From NCBI RefSeq assembly GCF_037042905.1, contig NC_087258.1, positions 7,006,001 to 7,070,000 of the forward strand: a stretch of DNA of 64,000 bases, given 5' to 3'. Position 1 is the stretch's first letter. Every line of letters begins with the position of its first letter. The position numbers and the translations under genes are program-made. Shown piece after piece: positions 10,988 through 23,024 of this stretch. Under the pieces are notes generated by a model. The model made no database searches. It worked only from the letters and a program-made list of their open reading frames with translations, and had not been told where the DNA came from. Source of the DNA: Lytechinus pictus. Taxonomy: Eukaryota.

Positions 10988-12081
10988 GTACTGAGGCATA
11001 CATTGTAAATCCTGCAACTCGGTTATGGAAAACCAAAACCCATCATTTCTGATATAATGATTATATCATTATGAAACTTTATGAAATTTAATGATTTTTG
11101 TATTTCAGATGAACATCATTAGACACTCCGAATGGTTGATATTCATGACTATGCTTTTTCTTTGGACTTTTCTTAAAATTGGTCCACTATTGCCATTCTA
11201 TTTATAGACACAGGATAAAAGGAAGGAACTGGAGAGAAAGTTGATGTGTTTACTCTGGAGTAGGGATACAAACAACAAAAACATCAAAAGTTCACTTTAC
11301 TATTGAAATTAAAGTCCACAGTTTTCAATTTTTCCTGAATGTATATTCCATGTTCTCTATCAATTGACATAATGTACAAAACATATGATGAAGCAATAAA
11401 ATTTGTGAAAGTTAAAAAAAAAATATTTCATTACAAACATGGCATGCTTTAGATTTGATTCATTGATGCCCATTAGAGTAGACATCATTGGATAAAATTC
11501 CCTGTCAGGTGTTATTTTTATAGCATCCTGAAAAGGAAATATTCATTTCCTGTGGATTGTTAAGATGATCATAATAGCAACATTACTATCCAAACAATGG
11601 ACAATATCTCCAAATAGACACATCGGCTCGTATTCTCAAAAGTTGGTTTTTGATCCGTGGTTTACATGCATGCAGATTTCATACATTGATTACGCTTAAT
11701 TTAACACGTATGTTAAAAATCTTGAGTGCAATGATGAATGTGCACATTTATGCTAGCAGCGACATGAGAACAAGTTTTGTACAGGGGGTGCTGATTGTGA
11801 ATTTGACAAACAAAAATAAAACCCTGGTTCACTCCAAAATGTTGGTCCTTTTGGTTATATTTATTCATTTTGCCACAACTACCAGAATTCCAGGGGGTGC
11901 TGCGTATTGAAAATAACACACGCAGCACCCACAGGAAAATCTTCGTGGTGCTTCAGGGCAATGGTGTCAATCCGTAGAATGTTCTAGGCCTATTCATTTG
12001 GGGGGGGGGTATTACGTAATAATACAAAGCGACATCCCCCCAAATGAATAGAAAGCGCAAGTGGATCGACACTATGCTTCA

Positions 12082-12424
12082 GAGCCTTTCTTGGTAATGT
12101 GTGTGACCGAAATTATGACAAATCTGGACTTTAGATAGTTTTAGAGATTTAGTAATCCGAAAGTTTGCATTAACGTGTTTCGTCAGCTATCATTTGGAAA
12201 TTATGTTTTGATGTCTCTAATATGCAGGTTCAAGGTCAGAGGTCAAAAGAAGTGGGTTATGCCTGTGACTTCTACACGGAAGTATGATTTTGAAAGTTTA
12301 TTTTCATTTTGAAATTCACAGGAATTTCAAAATGAAATTAAACTTTCAAAATCTAAAATTTAGATTTAAAACTTATGTCAAGATTTGTCATAATTTCGGT
12401 CACACACGTTACCAAGAACGGCCC
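12082..12424. mobile_element. MITE with 44-bp TIRs
   Basis: TCTTGGTAATGTGTGTGACCGAAATTATGACAAATCT and its near-perfect reverse complement at 12381-12424. Confidence 0.8.
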
Positions 12425-13124
12425 ATCAGCACCCCCATCACCCCTGCTAGAATTACATTGTTTGCTAAAGTTACAGCATTAATGTGCCCACTATTTTTAA
12501 TTAATGAGTCCACTGGTCATGTACATGTATTACATAAACAGTGACCAGGCTTATTAATACAGTAACAATCATCAATTTAGCGCCATATTAAAAAAAACAC
12601 AAAATCATAAGTGGATGCATTCTCAATATATGTGCTGGATTACAGTATTAGTGTGAAATCTTGGACTCAAAACCACGTTTTGTGAATTTTGGCAATTGTT
12701 TGCCAGTCAAGATATTGTTTTGAAGTGGGAGAATTGACACTGGCATAGTTACATTGACAGCTAGAATGAAAGAAAACCACATATTTTGATATTTTATCAT
12801 TAGCATAGGTAACTTTCATTTTTGTTTGAGCAAAATTGGTTCAGAAATATTCTTCTACTTCCTCTTTCCCGTCATCCACATTTTTTTCCTCCATTTTCTG
12901 TTACTATGACTTAGGCATATAGTGTTACAATCCACTGTTCCGCTTTTTTCTGGGACACCTTGGGGTGTTTCACAAAGATTTTTTAAGCATGTCTTTGAGT
13001 CATGCTGTAAATGCTGATGTGCACATGATATGTATTGTGCAATCTTATTGATTAATATGGTGTAGTGTTCATCCTTTACTATGATTTGACCAATGTGGTA
13101 TACTGCGCTCAACTGGGAATTTAA

Positions 13125-13519
13125 AGCTAAATTACAGTAGTTGCAGTAAAACACTAATTTTGTGAGAAAGTCTGTAAAACCAAGGTTAAGTATGACTATA
13201 TCATCGTGGATCTAGATCTGGTACAGTTACATAAACTGAACTTTATGAAATCATAAAATCTAAGCTGAAATACGATCACAGTGAAGATCGCCAACACAGA
13301 TAGGCACACGTGGGACAGTGTATTATTATTGCTGGAATAAAGACCCGACGAAAGTGACCGAATCCGAGCTTATTTTGTTTATTTCTCAGCAATTACACAA
13401 TTTCTTCCAGAATCCTTTGGTACATATTTTTTATTCATACAAACAGACACTTGGGTGGTCATTATATTAGATTCTGTAAAAAGTCATTTTGAGATCGTTA
13501 CCAGAACTGGAATTTACCT
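13125..13519. mobile_element. Kolobok-like non-autonomous element (TTAA TSD)
   Basis: TTAA|AGCTAAATTACAGT ... ACTGGAATTTACCT|TTAA; diverged relatives at about 17465-17800 (inverted) and about 22070-22400. Confidence 0.7.
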
Positions 13520-13617
13520 TTAAATGCGATGCTAAATCTTAACTCTTTGTGAAACATGTCACATGTACGAATGACAACATATATCAACCAAGCTTCTTCT
13601 TTCTTTAATTTCAACAG

Positions 13618-13744
13618 GAGACAACCTATCAAAACTACAATGAGATTCGTTTCAAGCCAACAGAGTTCAAGGAGTACTTGCTGTCCCAAGAAGTGGGTTT
13701 TACAAGCTGTGAAGTCATTGGGACTCCCGTTAACAAGTCCAAAG
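13618..13744 (+). CDS. MEPCE: 7SK snRNA methylphosphate capping enzyme (Bin3), penultimate coding exon
   Basis: Acceptor ttctttaatttcaacag and GT donor. Translates ETTYQNYNEIRFKPTEFKEYLLSQEVGFTSCEVIGTPVNKSK-G, matching the Bin3 domain C-terminus (human [43 protein letters not shown], recalled). Not in the ORF track. Confidence 0.9.
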
Positions 13745-13849
13745 GTTGGAAAAACACATTTAGTTTTTCTTGAATTCAGTTTTGAATGTTATTTCCTGGA
13801 TTTTCTTATAAAAATGACAAATTGTAATGATGGTGGTGGTGGTGTTGAT

Positions 13850-13990
13850 NNNNNNNNNNNNNNNNNNNNNNNNNNNNNNNNNNNNNNNNNNNNNNNNNNN
13901 NNNNNNNNNNNNNNNNNNNNNNNNNNNNNNNNNNNNNNNNNNNNNNNNNNNNNNNNNNNNNNNNNNNNNNNNNNNNNNNNNNNNNNNNNN
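13850..13990. other. Assembly gap (141 N) within a GGT/GAT simple repeat in the last MEPCE intron
   Basis: Run of N. Confidence 1.
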
Positions 13991-14280
13991 AGAAGAAGAT
14001 GATGGTGATGATGAATTGTCTAATAAATTTAATGATGATAGTGATGAACATATAATTTGCTTTTGATCTAGTTTGCAATAATTATTAATGTCAATGATAT
14101 ATATTTTTTTAACTGGAAATAAATTTGAATCGGAATAATTGATGTAATGGTGATGTTTGTATCCTCTCTACCAGAGGTAATTGATGTCTGTCAGTAAAAA
14201 AGGTAGGCAATTTTTTTTCAAGTTAAAAATATATACTAGAAAACAAAACTAAAATCCCCAACTTCTGTTTTATTTTGCAG

Positions 14281-14978
14281 GATTCAGACGTCCTATGATG
14301 ATGTTCACCAAGCTACAGACGATCAGTCGACCAGTCAGCAGAAGACCCTCTACAGAGAAGCCACCCGTAACTGTGACCTCAAGTGTAACCTCATCCATTC
14401 CTGCGATCCCTCATCAACCACTGACGCAACCACGTGCTGGGTCTTCCACGCCCAAGACGGCTGGTGTTGGAGACAAGATGAAGCCGGAGGCAAAGGAGGT
14501 GCCTCCTGTAGATATTCTGGCAGGAGCTGATCCTAAACCAGTGAAGGTGAAGGAAGAGCCTCCTGTGGGTATTCCTGCAGCAGCAGATCCTTCACCTGTG
14601 GCAAAGCTAAAGGTAAGCTCTTCAGAGACTGCAGATATTGGACAGGAAGTAAGGTCCAGGGTGATTCAGGAGCCAAAGGAGGAACCAATTCTGGAGGAGG
14701 GGGGCAAAGCTGAGGTGATGGAGGCTACAGAGATGGAGCCTAAAGATATTCCAGCAGAAGTGGAAGAGGGTGGTGCTGCCACAACAGTCAAGTCTGAGGA
14801 TACTACAAAGGATGCAGTCGCTGAAACAACTCAAAAGTCAAAACCTGAGGAGATTCGGGAGAAAGGAGACACCATGGCATCTTCAGTGTCATCATCATCT
14901 AGGACACCAGAACTGGAAACAAAGAAGGGTGAACAGGAGGGTTTGGGGAGTGAAAGGGATTGTAGAAGCTCCACTTAA
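14281..14978 (+). CDS. MEPCE: MEPCE last coding exon with a long low-complexity tail
   Basis: Acceptor ttttattttgcag; the phase-1 join gives GFRRPMMMFTK (human GFQRPVYLFHK), then about 220 aa rich in P/E/S/T/K/A up to TAA. Confidence 0.88.
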
Positions 14979-16492
14979 AAGGTTTCCTGAAAGAATATCA
15001 CAAGACGATCACCCTGAAATTTTAATCATACATATCATGCACATGCTTGCACTTCTGGTCAGCAAACCAGAAATTATTAATTAATGGAGGATATTTGTTT
15101 GTTAATTTGAGAGTGAAAACACCGTTTTTCTTTCTCTGATACACCAATTCTTTATTGGAAGTGAGATTAAACATGAAATTTAAATTCTCACTGTATTGTT
15201 TAATCTTGCTAATTGTTTTGAACTTTTGTCTTGTTTGTTACATGTGAAGAAATTTTCTTGTACATTCTCAACAAAGAAATCTTTCTAAAGTAACCGGAAA
15301 AAAGAAGAAGATAGTTGGAAATTAAAATAGAAGAAAATCTTAAAAATTTCAGGGGGAAGGTGATGTTTGACTTAAAGTATGCAGATGTCACATCTAATAA
15401 AATTACATGCTGGTTTTAATACAAGAACCACTATTATCAATATTTTGACAGTTTTGAAATGAAAATTTTTTAAAAATAAATGCATGTTAGTTTATAGACA
15501 TGAAAATTAAAAACAAGCACATAGAACTAAGTAGAAACAAGCATTTTTTGGCAAGATATTGTCACATATTTGTGGTCTTAATGATGATTCTCTTGATCCC
15601 CAAACTTGTCCCTTGTGGGGTAATTTGGAGATCTGGAAAAACGGAAACAACAAGAGGCACATATCCATACATCATATAAAATGAGGGCTGCATAACTGAC
15701 ACAATCAACTGCAGCAGATCCAGTGGAGTTAGATAAAGTACCATTTCAGAGGTTGTATTTTTAGTGCACAATAGTCGGCCCCTCTAAGCTTCTGTCTCTA
15801 ATCCGACTGACTCTGAGCCTGATCAATGTTATTTAAAACTTTTCAACATGGTTTGCCACCTATACGGATACAACTAATTGTGCGATAGATTGTCCTTGTA
15901 TGCAGGTGTATAAAGTAAAAAATAGAAACAAATGTTTTCTGATTATCTGTTAGTTTTGATTTCAACAATACTTGCTCCATAACCAAAACATCGACAGGAG
16001 GAAAACAACATTTGCCATCAATCTAAATTTGGCACTTTCGCTTCATGAATTTTGGAATAAATACAAGACAGAGGAATCGCTTTTTTTGTTCTCTTTTCCA
16101 AATACCATCATGGTCGCTCATGATAGGAACATGAAGGAAATGAACCTATTCAAAGGACGATATTGTTCTTCCCTTGGCATCTAATTAGATCAAGACGTTA
16201 GTTTTAACGCTTGACGTCATGGCACATCCTTGAGAGCTGATTTTTTGTTTGTGTTGATGAGACCATTACTGTAGTCTGCACTTTCAGACCTTAAGGCATG
16301 ATTCAACTAAAGTTTAAAAGTTGAAACCATTCCCAGGGTTTTTAGCGGAGATGTCAGTCTTCAGGCTTTTGCCTGATTTAAGGCCAAAACAACTTCCCAT
16401 TTCAGGCTTTTACATTGTATGACTGACTTCTTCTCAGGCCAAGTGAGTAAAACTAAATGACATCCCTGTTTTAGGCATTTTTGCATAAAATC

Positions 16493-16672
16493 CAGACCTT
16501 CATTTTTGAGGAGCGCGATCGCGCCGGCGCTCCTACCGCGCTCCTTAAAAAATAAATAAATGAAAAATCGCGCTCCTAAAAAAAAAAAAAATTGCTAAAA
16601 TTTCACATTTTACATCTTTAAATCCATGAAATGGCCATCTATTTTCCATAATTGTAAAATGTGAAATTTTAG

Positions 16673-16703
<31 letters not shown>

Positions 16704-16961
16704 GAGCTGGAGCGCGATATTTTGTTAACGTATTGACCCAGGCCTACTTTCACCACAGATTAATTAATAGCTACACAGCTATTGCATATACGATGTTAAG
16801 AAAAATCTACAATTTATCATACATGTATTGTGTTGAATTGATTTGATTTGAGCTCCTCAAGCATGTCAAGGAGAGCGATTCTGAGGAGCTCAATTGAGCT
16901 CCTCCAAAAAATAAGGAGAGCGATTTATTGAGCTCCACGAAATTATAAACGTAAAGGACTG
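16493..16961. mobile_element. hAT-like MITE with 6-bp TSD (AAAATC)
   Basis: CAGACCTT...AAAGGACTG termini; AAAATC on both flanks; GGAGC/GAGCG subterminal repeats; internal inverted repeat of about 30 bp. Confidence 0.7.
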
Positions 16962-17901
16962 AAAATCCAATTACTGGTACATGTATGCACATACTTTACG
17001 AGCATGAATGGCCATTGCACATGTCATGAGGGTTATATCTGTACCCCTATACATCATACTGATAACCATGATTTAAAAGGGGAATTAACCCTCAAAGTAC
17101 ATTTTTTCACTGGAAGGGGAAAATGAGAAATACATCAAACATTGCTGAAAATCAACTAATAAAAATAATTATGACTTCAAAATTGAACTCGTTTGGCGGA
17201 ATCTTCCTATAAAACCTTTTTTGTGAGTTCGGGCCTTTGTTTACTGGAAGCAATAGAGATCCAGGTTATAAGCAGCAATGTGTACATGTAGGACCTATGA
17301 CCCATATTTTGTGATCATCACAGATGAAGGTGACACTCTCCTATAATCTGCTGTACGAACTGTCAGGTTGGGAGGGATGCCTTCCACATGCTGGATCATT
17401 GCTTATGGTTTGTGTCCAGAGTAGCGTGAGGATTTGGGTAAGGTTTTGAGGTTAGTGATTTCAACTTAAATTCCAGTTGTGGTAAAAACCGTAAAATTGA
17501 TTTGAACAAGATCCAATAAAATGATCACCAAAGTGTTTGTATGTACTGTATAAAAAGGATATGTGGCAAGCAATTACGATCAAAAAGAGAAATTTCTAAC
17601 AAAGTAGTAAGTAAATAAGCATGGCATTCTATTGGGTTGACCAGACTTTTTACAAATCATGATAATACACGATCCCATGTATACTTATCTGTGTTAGTGA
17701 TTTTTAGCGTACTCTGGATTCAATCTAGATTCCAGTATTTTGCACCTGTTGGGTTTACATGTTTGTGTCAAAATTGCTAGATCTATATTGATAAAAAAGA
17801 ATTATGATGGCATCTACTGTTACTTCATGAGGTGTTCAAAGCCCCTCAAGAAAGTATTGCTCACTGCCATTCTGCATGTTTGCTTCATGTTAATTTGTAG
17901 A

Positions 17902-19097
17902 TTTTTGTCTCGCCTGCATAGCAGAGCGAGACTATGCGCCGCTTTTCCGACGGCGGCGGCGACGGCGGCGGCGGCGGCGGCGTCAACATCAAATCTTAAC
18001 CTAAGGTTAAGTTTTTGAAATGACATCATAACTTCGAAAGTATATGGACCTAGTTCATGAAACTTGGACATAAGGTTAATCAAGTATTACTGAACATCCT
18101 GCCTGAGTTTCAGGTCACATGACCAAGGTCAAAGGTCATTTAGGGTCAATGAACTTAGACCATGTTGGGAAAATTATTTTCAAAATCTTAACCAAAGGTT
18201 AAGTTTTTGAAATGACATCATAACTTAGAAAGTATATGGACCTAGTTCATGAAACTTGGGCATAAGGTTAATCAAGTATTAGTGAACATCCTGCTCGCGT
18301 TTCAGGTCACATGACCAAGGTCAAAGGTCATTTAGGGTCAATGAACTTTGGTCAAGTTGGGGGTATTTGTTGAATTACTATCATAACTTTGAAAATATAT
18401 GGATCTAGTCCATGAAACTTGGACATAAGGTTAATCAAGTATAAGTGAACATCCTGCTTGAGTTTCAGGTCACATGACCAAGGTCAAAGGTCATTTAGGG
18501 TCAATGAACTTTGGCCGTGTTGGGGGTATTTGTTAAATTACCATCCTAACTCTGAAAGTTTATGGATCTAGTTCATAAAACTTGGACATAAGAGTAATCA
18601 AGTATCACTGAACATCTTGTACGAGTTTCAGGTCACATGACCATGGTCAAAAGTCATTAAAGGTCAATGAACTTTGGCCGTGTTGGGGGTATTTGTTGAA
18701 TTACCATCCTAACTCTGAAAGTTTATAGATCTAGTTCATAAAACTTGAGATATAAGAGTAATCAAGCATCACTGAACATCCCCTGTGAGTTTCAGGTCAC
18801 AAAACCAAGTCAAAGGTCAGTTAAGGTCAATAAACTTAGGCCATGTTGGGGTAATTGTTGAAGTGCCATCATAACTTTGAAAGTTTATGGATAGAGTGAA
18901 TGAAATGTGGACATGGGTGTAGTTGACAGTCTTAAGTCTCTGTTCAAATGTCATTTATGGTCAATGAACGTGGTATTATGTCATTATATGAATGATGTTT
19001 TTGTGAATGATTATTTTATAGTAGTTTTCAAAGTTAGCACTGCTGCTATATTAAATTGCGTAATGCAGGCGAGACTGCCAGAGGCGTTCCACTTGTT
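17902..19097 (+). mobile_element. Helentron-associated (HINE/DINE-1/Tsp-like) non-autonomous element with internal tandem repeats
   Basis: T-run insertion site; subterminal IR GTCTCGCCTGCAT (17907) / ATGCAGGCGAGAC (19063-19075); 5' internal partial IR GCGAGAC; (GGC)n microsatellite; 5-6 core repeats with periods 192,163,163,163. Confidence 0.8.
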
Positions 19098-20399
19098 TAT
19101 CCCAGCACTTGTTGCCATATCAAATGTCATTGAATTATTGGGCTCATTTGAATATAAAATAAATGTTAGAATTTTCCATGCTTGAATCTGAGACTAACTA
19201 TCATGGGAGACCATATTTGCCAGACATCGTAATAATTGGCCAACTGGGAGAATTAATATCGAATAATTGGCTTTTACTCACACCGAACTCAAGGTGTGGT
19301 TACAGTTCAATGTGTTAGACTTGTGCGAGTACTGCATTGTTGCATTTTCAAGAAAAAAATTAGACAGCTATGTCAATACAAGTGGAGGTCTGAAACCAGA
19401 CTAACAAAATAAATAATATTTCATGATTTGGCAATTAAACTTGGGTTTTGCATTGTTGCATTTAAATAAAGTTTTCAGACAGCTAAATACGTCATTACAA
19501 GTGGAGGTCTGCAACCAAAATAACAAATTGAATGTTATTCCATGATTAGGCAATAGAACCAAAAAGTTCTTGTTTGATCTTGAATGATACATCTGCACAA
19601 GATAATTCCAAATTACATTACTCAGTAAGAAAGATAAAATCATTGAAAGTCTTTGTCAAACAGATGCCTGACTAATGAGCAATATGCTTATAAATAATAT
19701 ACCTAACTTTGCACACTTTACAAAATGCTTTATAGTGGGTCTGAATGAAGAGACTAGAGACCATAATGACTGCCCAGACAAATCATGATCCTGATGCTCA
19801 TATCAGATTGAGTTTGTCATATATTAATAAGAACCCCTTGTTTCACCAGGGACCTGTCATCACCAAGAATTGATAAAAATCTCAAAAGATGTTTCTCCAC
19901 AGCTATAGATATAGAAGTATCAGATTGTTTATGTTGATTTTTTTAAAATATTTTTCATTGGAGCTAGCCATAAAACAACATATTAATTTTACAAAATAGA
20001 AACATGATACATATCTTCAAGACTTAAATTACTCCATTAAAAGACAAAAAGTTAAACATCTTGGCCTAGGTATTTTGTTGTCTGCTCGAAGACACTAACG
20101 GCTAGTCTGTACAGGCAGACCTTTCTACAATATTACTCATAGTTACACAGTCTTGAGCAGAGACTAATTTTGTCAGTCCCGTCACAATGAGTTACAAGTA
20201 TTCAATTTGTAGTCTCTAAAAGTCTAAATGCAGACTCCACTTGATTGAATAACAGTGGTATCCAGGATAGTTGTGCAAGGTTGAGATTGGGAGTGAGACT
20301 ATTGCAATGGAGTTCATTGTCTGACAATGGTTTGAGTTTTAAGTGTGCCACCTCTTGACTTCCTGTCTCGACCCATGGGACCTGTGAGCAATAGGCTGG

Positions 20400-20880
20400 A
20401 TAATGTAATGCCTTTTTCTCATAAACCGTAGGATAGATCCAGCATGTTTACCTATGTATGGGACTAGAGAAGGAGTTTTGGTTTAAAAGGAAAAAAAAAA
20501 ATAGAATTAGGTTTGAATGAAGTCATTGCCACAAGAATCAGAGTTAGGGACAACAAGTAATAAATAATTGGGGATTACTGAAGCTAAGCTTGAGAAAAAA
20601 TTGTAATGCTTTTTTTCTCATGAACCATAAAAGAGATCTATAATCTTTACCTATGCAAGGATTGTTGGGGTTTACTTGAAATTTTCAAAAGAAAATATTT
20701 GGGTATGAATATTAGTAATTTCCACAGGAACCATTACAGCTATGGACAACTAGTAATAAATTGGGGGATTATTATTAAGGCTAAACTTGGGGGAAAAGTT
20801 GTAAAGCTTTTATTTCAGAAAACAGTAGGATAGATCTAACATCTTTACCTATGTATGAGACTAGAGTATTGTTCGGGTTG
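20400..20880. repeat. Diverged tandem repeat of about 198 bp (2.5 copies)
   Basis: GTAATGC(T)nCTCAT..AAC..TAGGATAGATC..CAT.TTTACCTATG recurs at about 20405, 20603 and 20801. Confidence 0.65.
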
Positions 20881-22558
20881 AAAAATAATTATTGCCATCC
20901 AAATCATAGAAGGATCAACATAGCCAAACAACTTACAGTATACTACTTTGCCGTACTATGGCAAAAGGAAGAAAGTTACAAAATTGTCATTTGTTGTAAA
21001 TGAGCAATGTGTGTTCGTCATTTACATAGGCATCATGCAATTTATCAGCATATTTTCTTCAATATCTTTTCATAGAACACAATCATTTCTTCCTCAAATT
21101 TTGCCTGAAGGTGCAACATACAAAAGGTGTGTTAGAAACAACAATAACTCAAATTTGACTGATGTGTCACTTGCTTCCTTTTGCCCAAGTTGAGCAGTAC
21201 TAAAGCCACACGTGAGCTTGATGCACACACATACTGCTTATGCAAGTGATGCAGTCAGTGTTTTTACATTTGACATGTTAAATTTGGAGATAATATCCAT
21301 AATATCCATACCCTGTCAGATTTCATGTACCAGTAACCATATATTTTTTTACCCGATAATCGTAATAATTATTCCTGTCCTATTTTTGCTGTTCTCTTGT
21401 TTTAACTCACTGATTGTCTTGTTTCACATTCCCTTGCCAACAAAGGATATAGAGTAAAACATATTGGGGGAAGGACCTTGACTTCAAACAGAAAAAATGT
21501 GCCAAATTTGTGGATAACATTTCAGAAATCAAAACATTAATCTTGACATGAGATATTTGTTTCTTCAGGGAATTAATGAGACAATGGAGTTGATATTTGA
21601 TAACATTTCCAATTTATAAATATTTGGGAAAGAAAACTTACATTTTTCACAATCTTTTCATGAATTCTCTTATAGAAGCCTTTCTCATGTTTTCTTGAGG
21701 TAGAAGGTACCAAACTGTTGAGGGATGTGTCATGGTGACATTGAGTCAGAATGAAAAATCACTAAATCCACACATATGAAGTACCATGAGTGAGTTACTA
21801 AAAACGGAGGCTATCCATTTTAAAGCCAGAAATCATTTGTTCTGTGAAAAAAATGTGTGTATTTGGGGGATATTTTAGGAACACTTTCAAGTTAAATGTT
21901 GTTATTTCCTAATGTAAAAGATTTTACTTCAACACCATGAAATTTATTTTGAGTAATCCTAATTGCAACTTTAGGACAAGTACTTGGAGTTGCACAAAGG
22001 ATTTCATAAGAAAGTCTTTAAAATCAAAGTTGAATGTAGCCATATACACGTATGAAGTGCTATGAGTGAGATCTAGACTTGGTTTATTTACATAAACCTA
22101 ATTCTATGAAATCTTGAAATCTAAGGTGCAAATAATCAAATTGATGGTGAAATTGATGATCACCAACATAGATAAATACACATGGGACTGTGTAGTCTAT
22201 TGCTAGCGATTAGATTCATCACCTGGCTCGAATGTCATCCTTACTCTGTCAATTTCTCAAAAAATTTCACATTTTCTATCAGGATCATATGGCACATACT
22301 CTTTAATTATTTATACATACAAACACATTGGTGGTCATTTTATTGGACTCTTTTGGAACCATTTTTTTTTTGTTTTTTACCACAACTGGCATTTATTTTT
22401 AACCCAAGTTTAGAGACTGAACCTGCGCAAGAATGGGCTGTAGTCTATGGAAAACATGTGTCATAGCGAAATCATTCAGTCTCCAACCAGTTAAGAGCCT
22501 GCTATGTGCAAGATCCATGCATGTACAATGTACTAGAAGAGTTTACTGTCTTCATTCA

Positions 22559-23024
22559 GGGCACACACCACTAACTATTTCCCCATAGACTCATGTGTTA
22601 AAAATGAGATTTGAAAAAATCGCCAAAAATAAGTCATAGAAACGACATCATCCACACCTTTATCATTTGGTAGTGTATCCAATATCCTTCAAATGCTAAA
22701 GATATGAAAAGGTGTTTTTCAATATTTTTTCGCGCTACAGGGGCTCAAACCAAGACTACGTGCAAACTTGGTTGCAGTCACAGTGCTCACTGGGTTTCTT
22801 GGGCAACTAATTAAGTTCCCATAAAACCCAGCATTGACAAATTACTGCTCTCCCATGGGACTGAACAGATCCAGTAGTAATCCCTCTCTATGCCCATATG
22901 AAAAAAATTGTTCAGATATGCACCGTTGATTTTATATGAATATTTTTCCAACCATTACATCATTTTAGGTACGGGTCTAAAGGGGATTCCCGAAATTGCC
23001 GGATCCTATTAGTGGTGTGCGCCC
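22559..23024. mobile_element. MITE
   Basis: TIR GGGCACACACCACTAA / TTAGTGGTGTGCGCCC; TSD not clear. Confidence 0.65.

Noticed and set aside
13556-14078. ORFs spanning the N gap
   Set aside because: Artefacts of the Ns; the real exon (13618-13744) is in a different frame from ORF 13556-14002.
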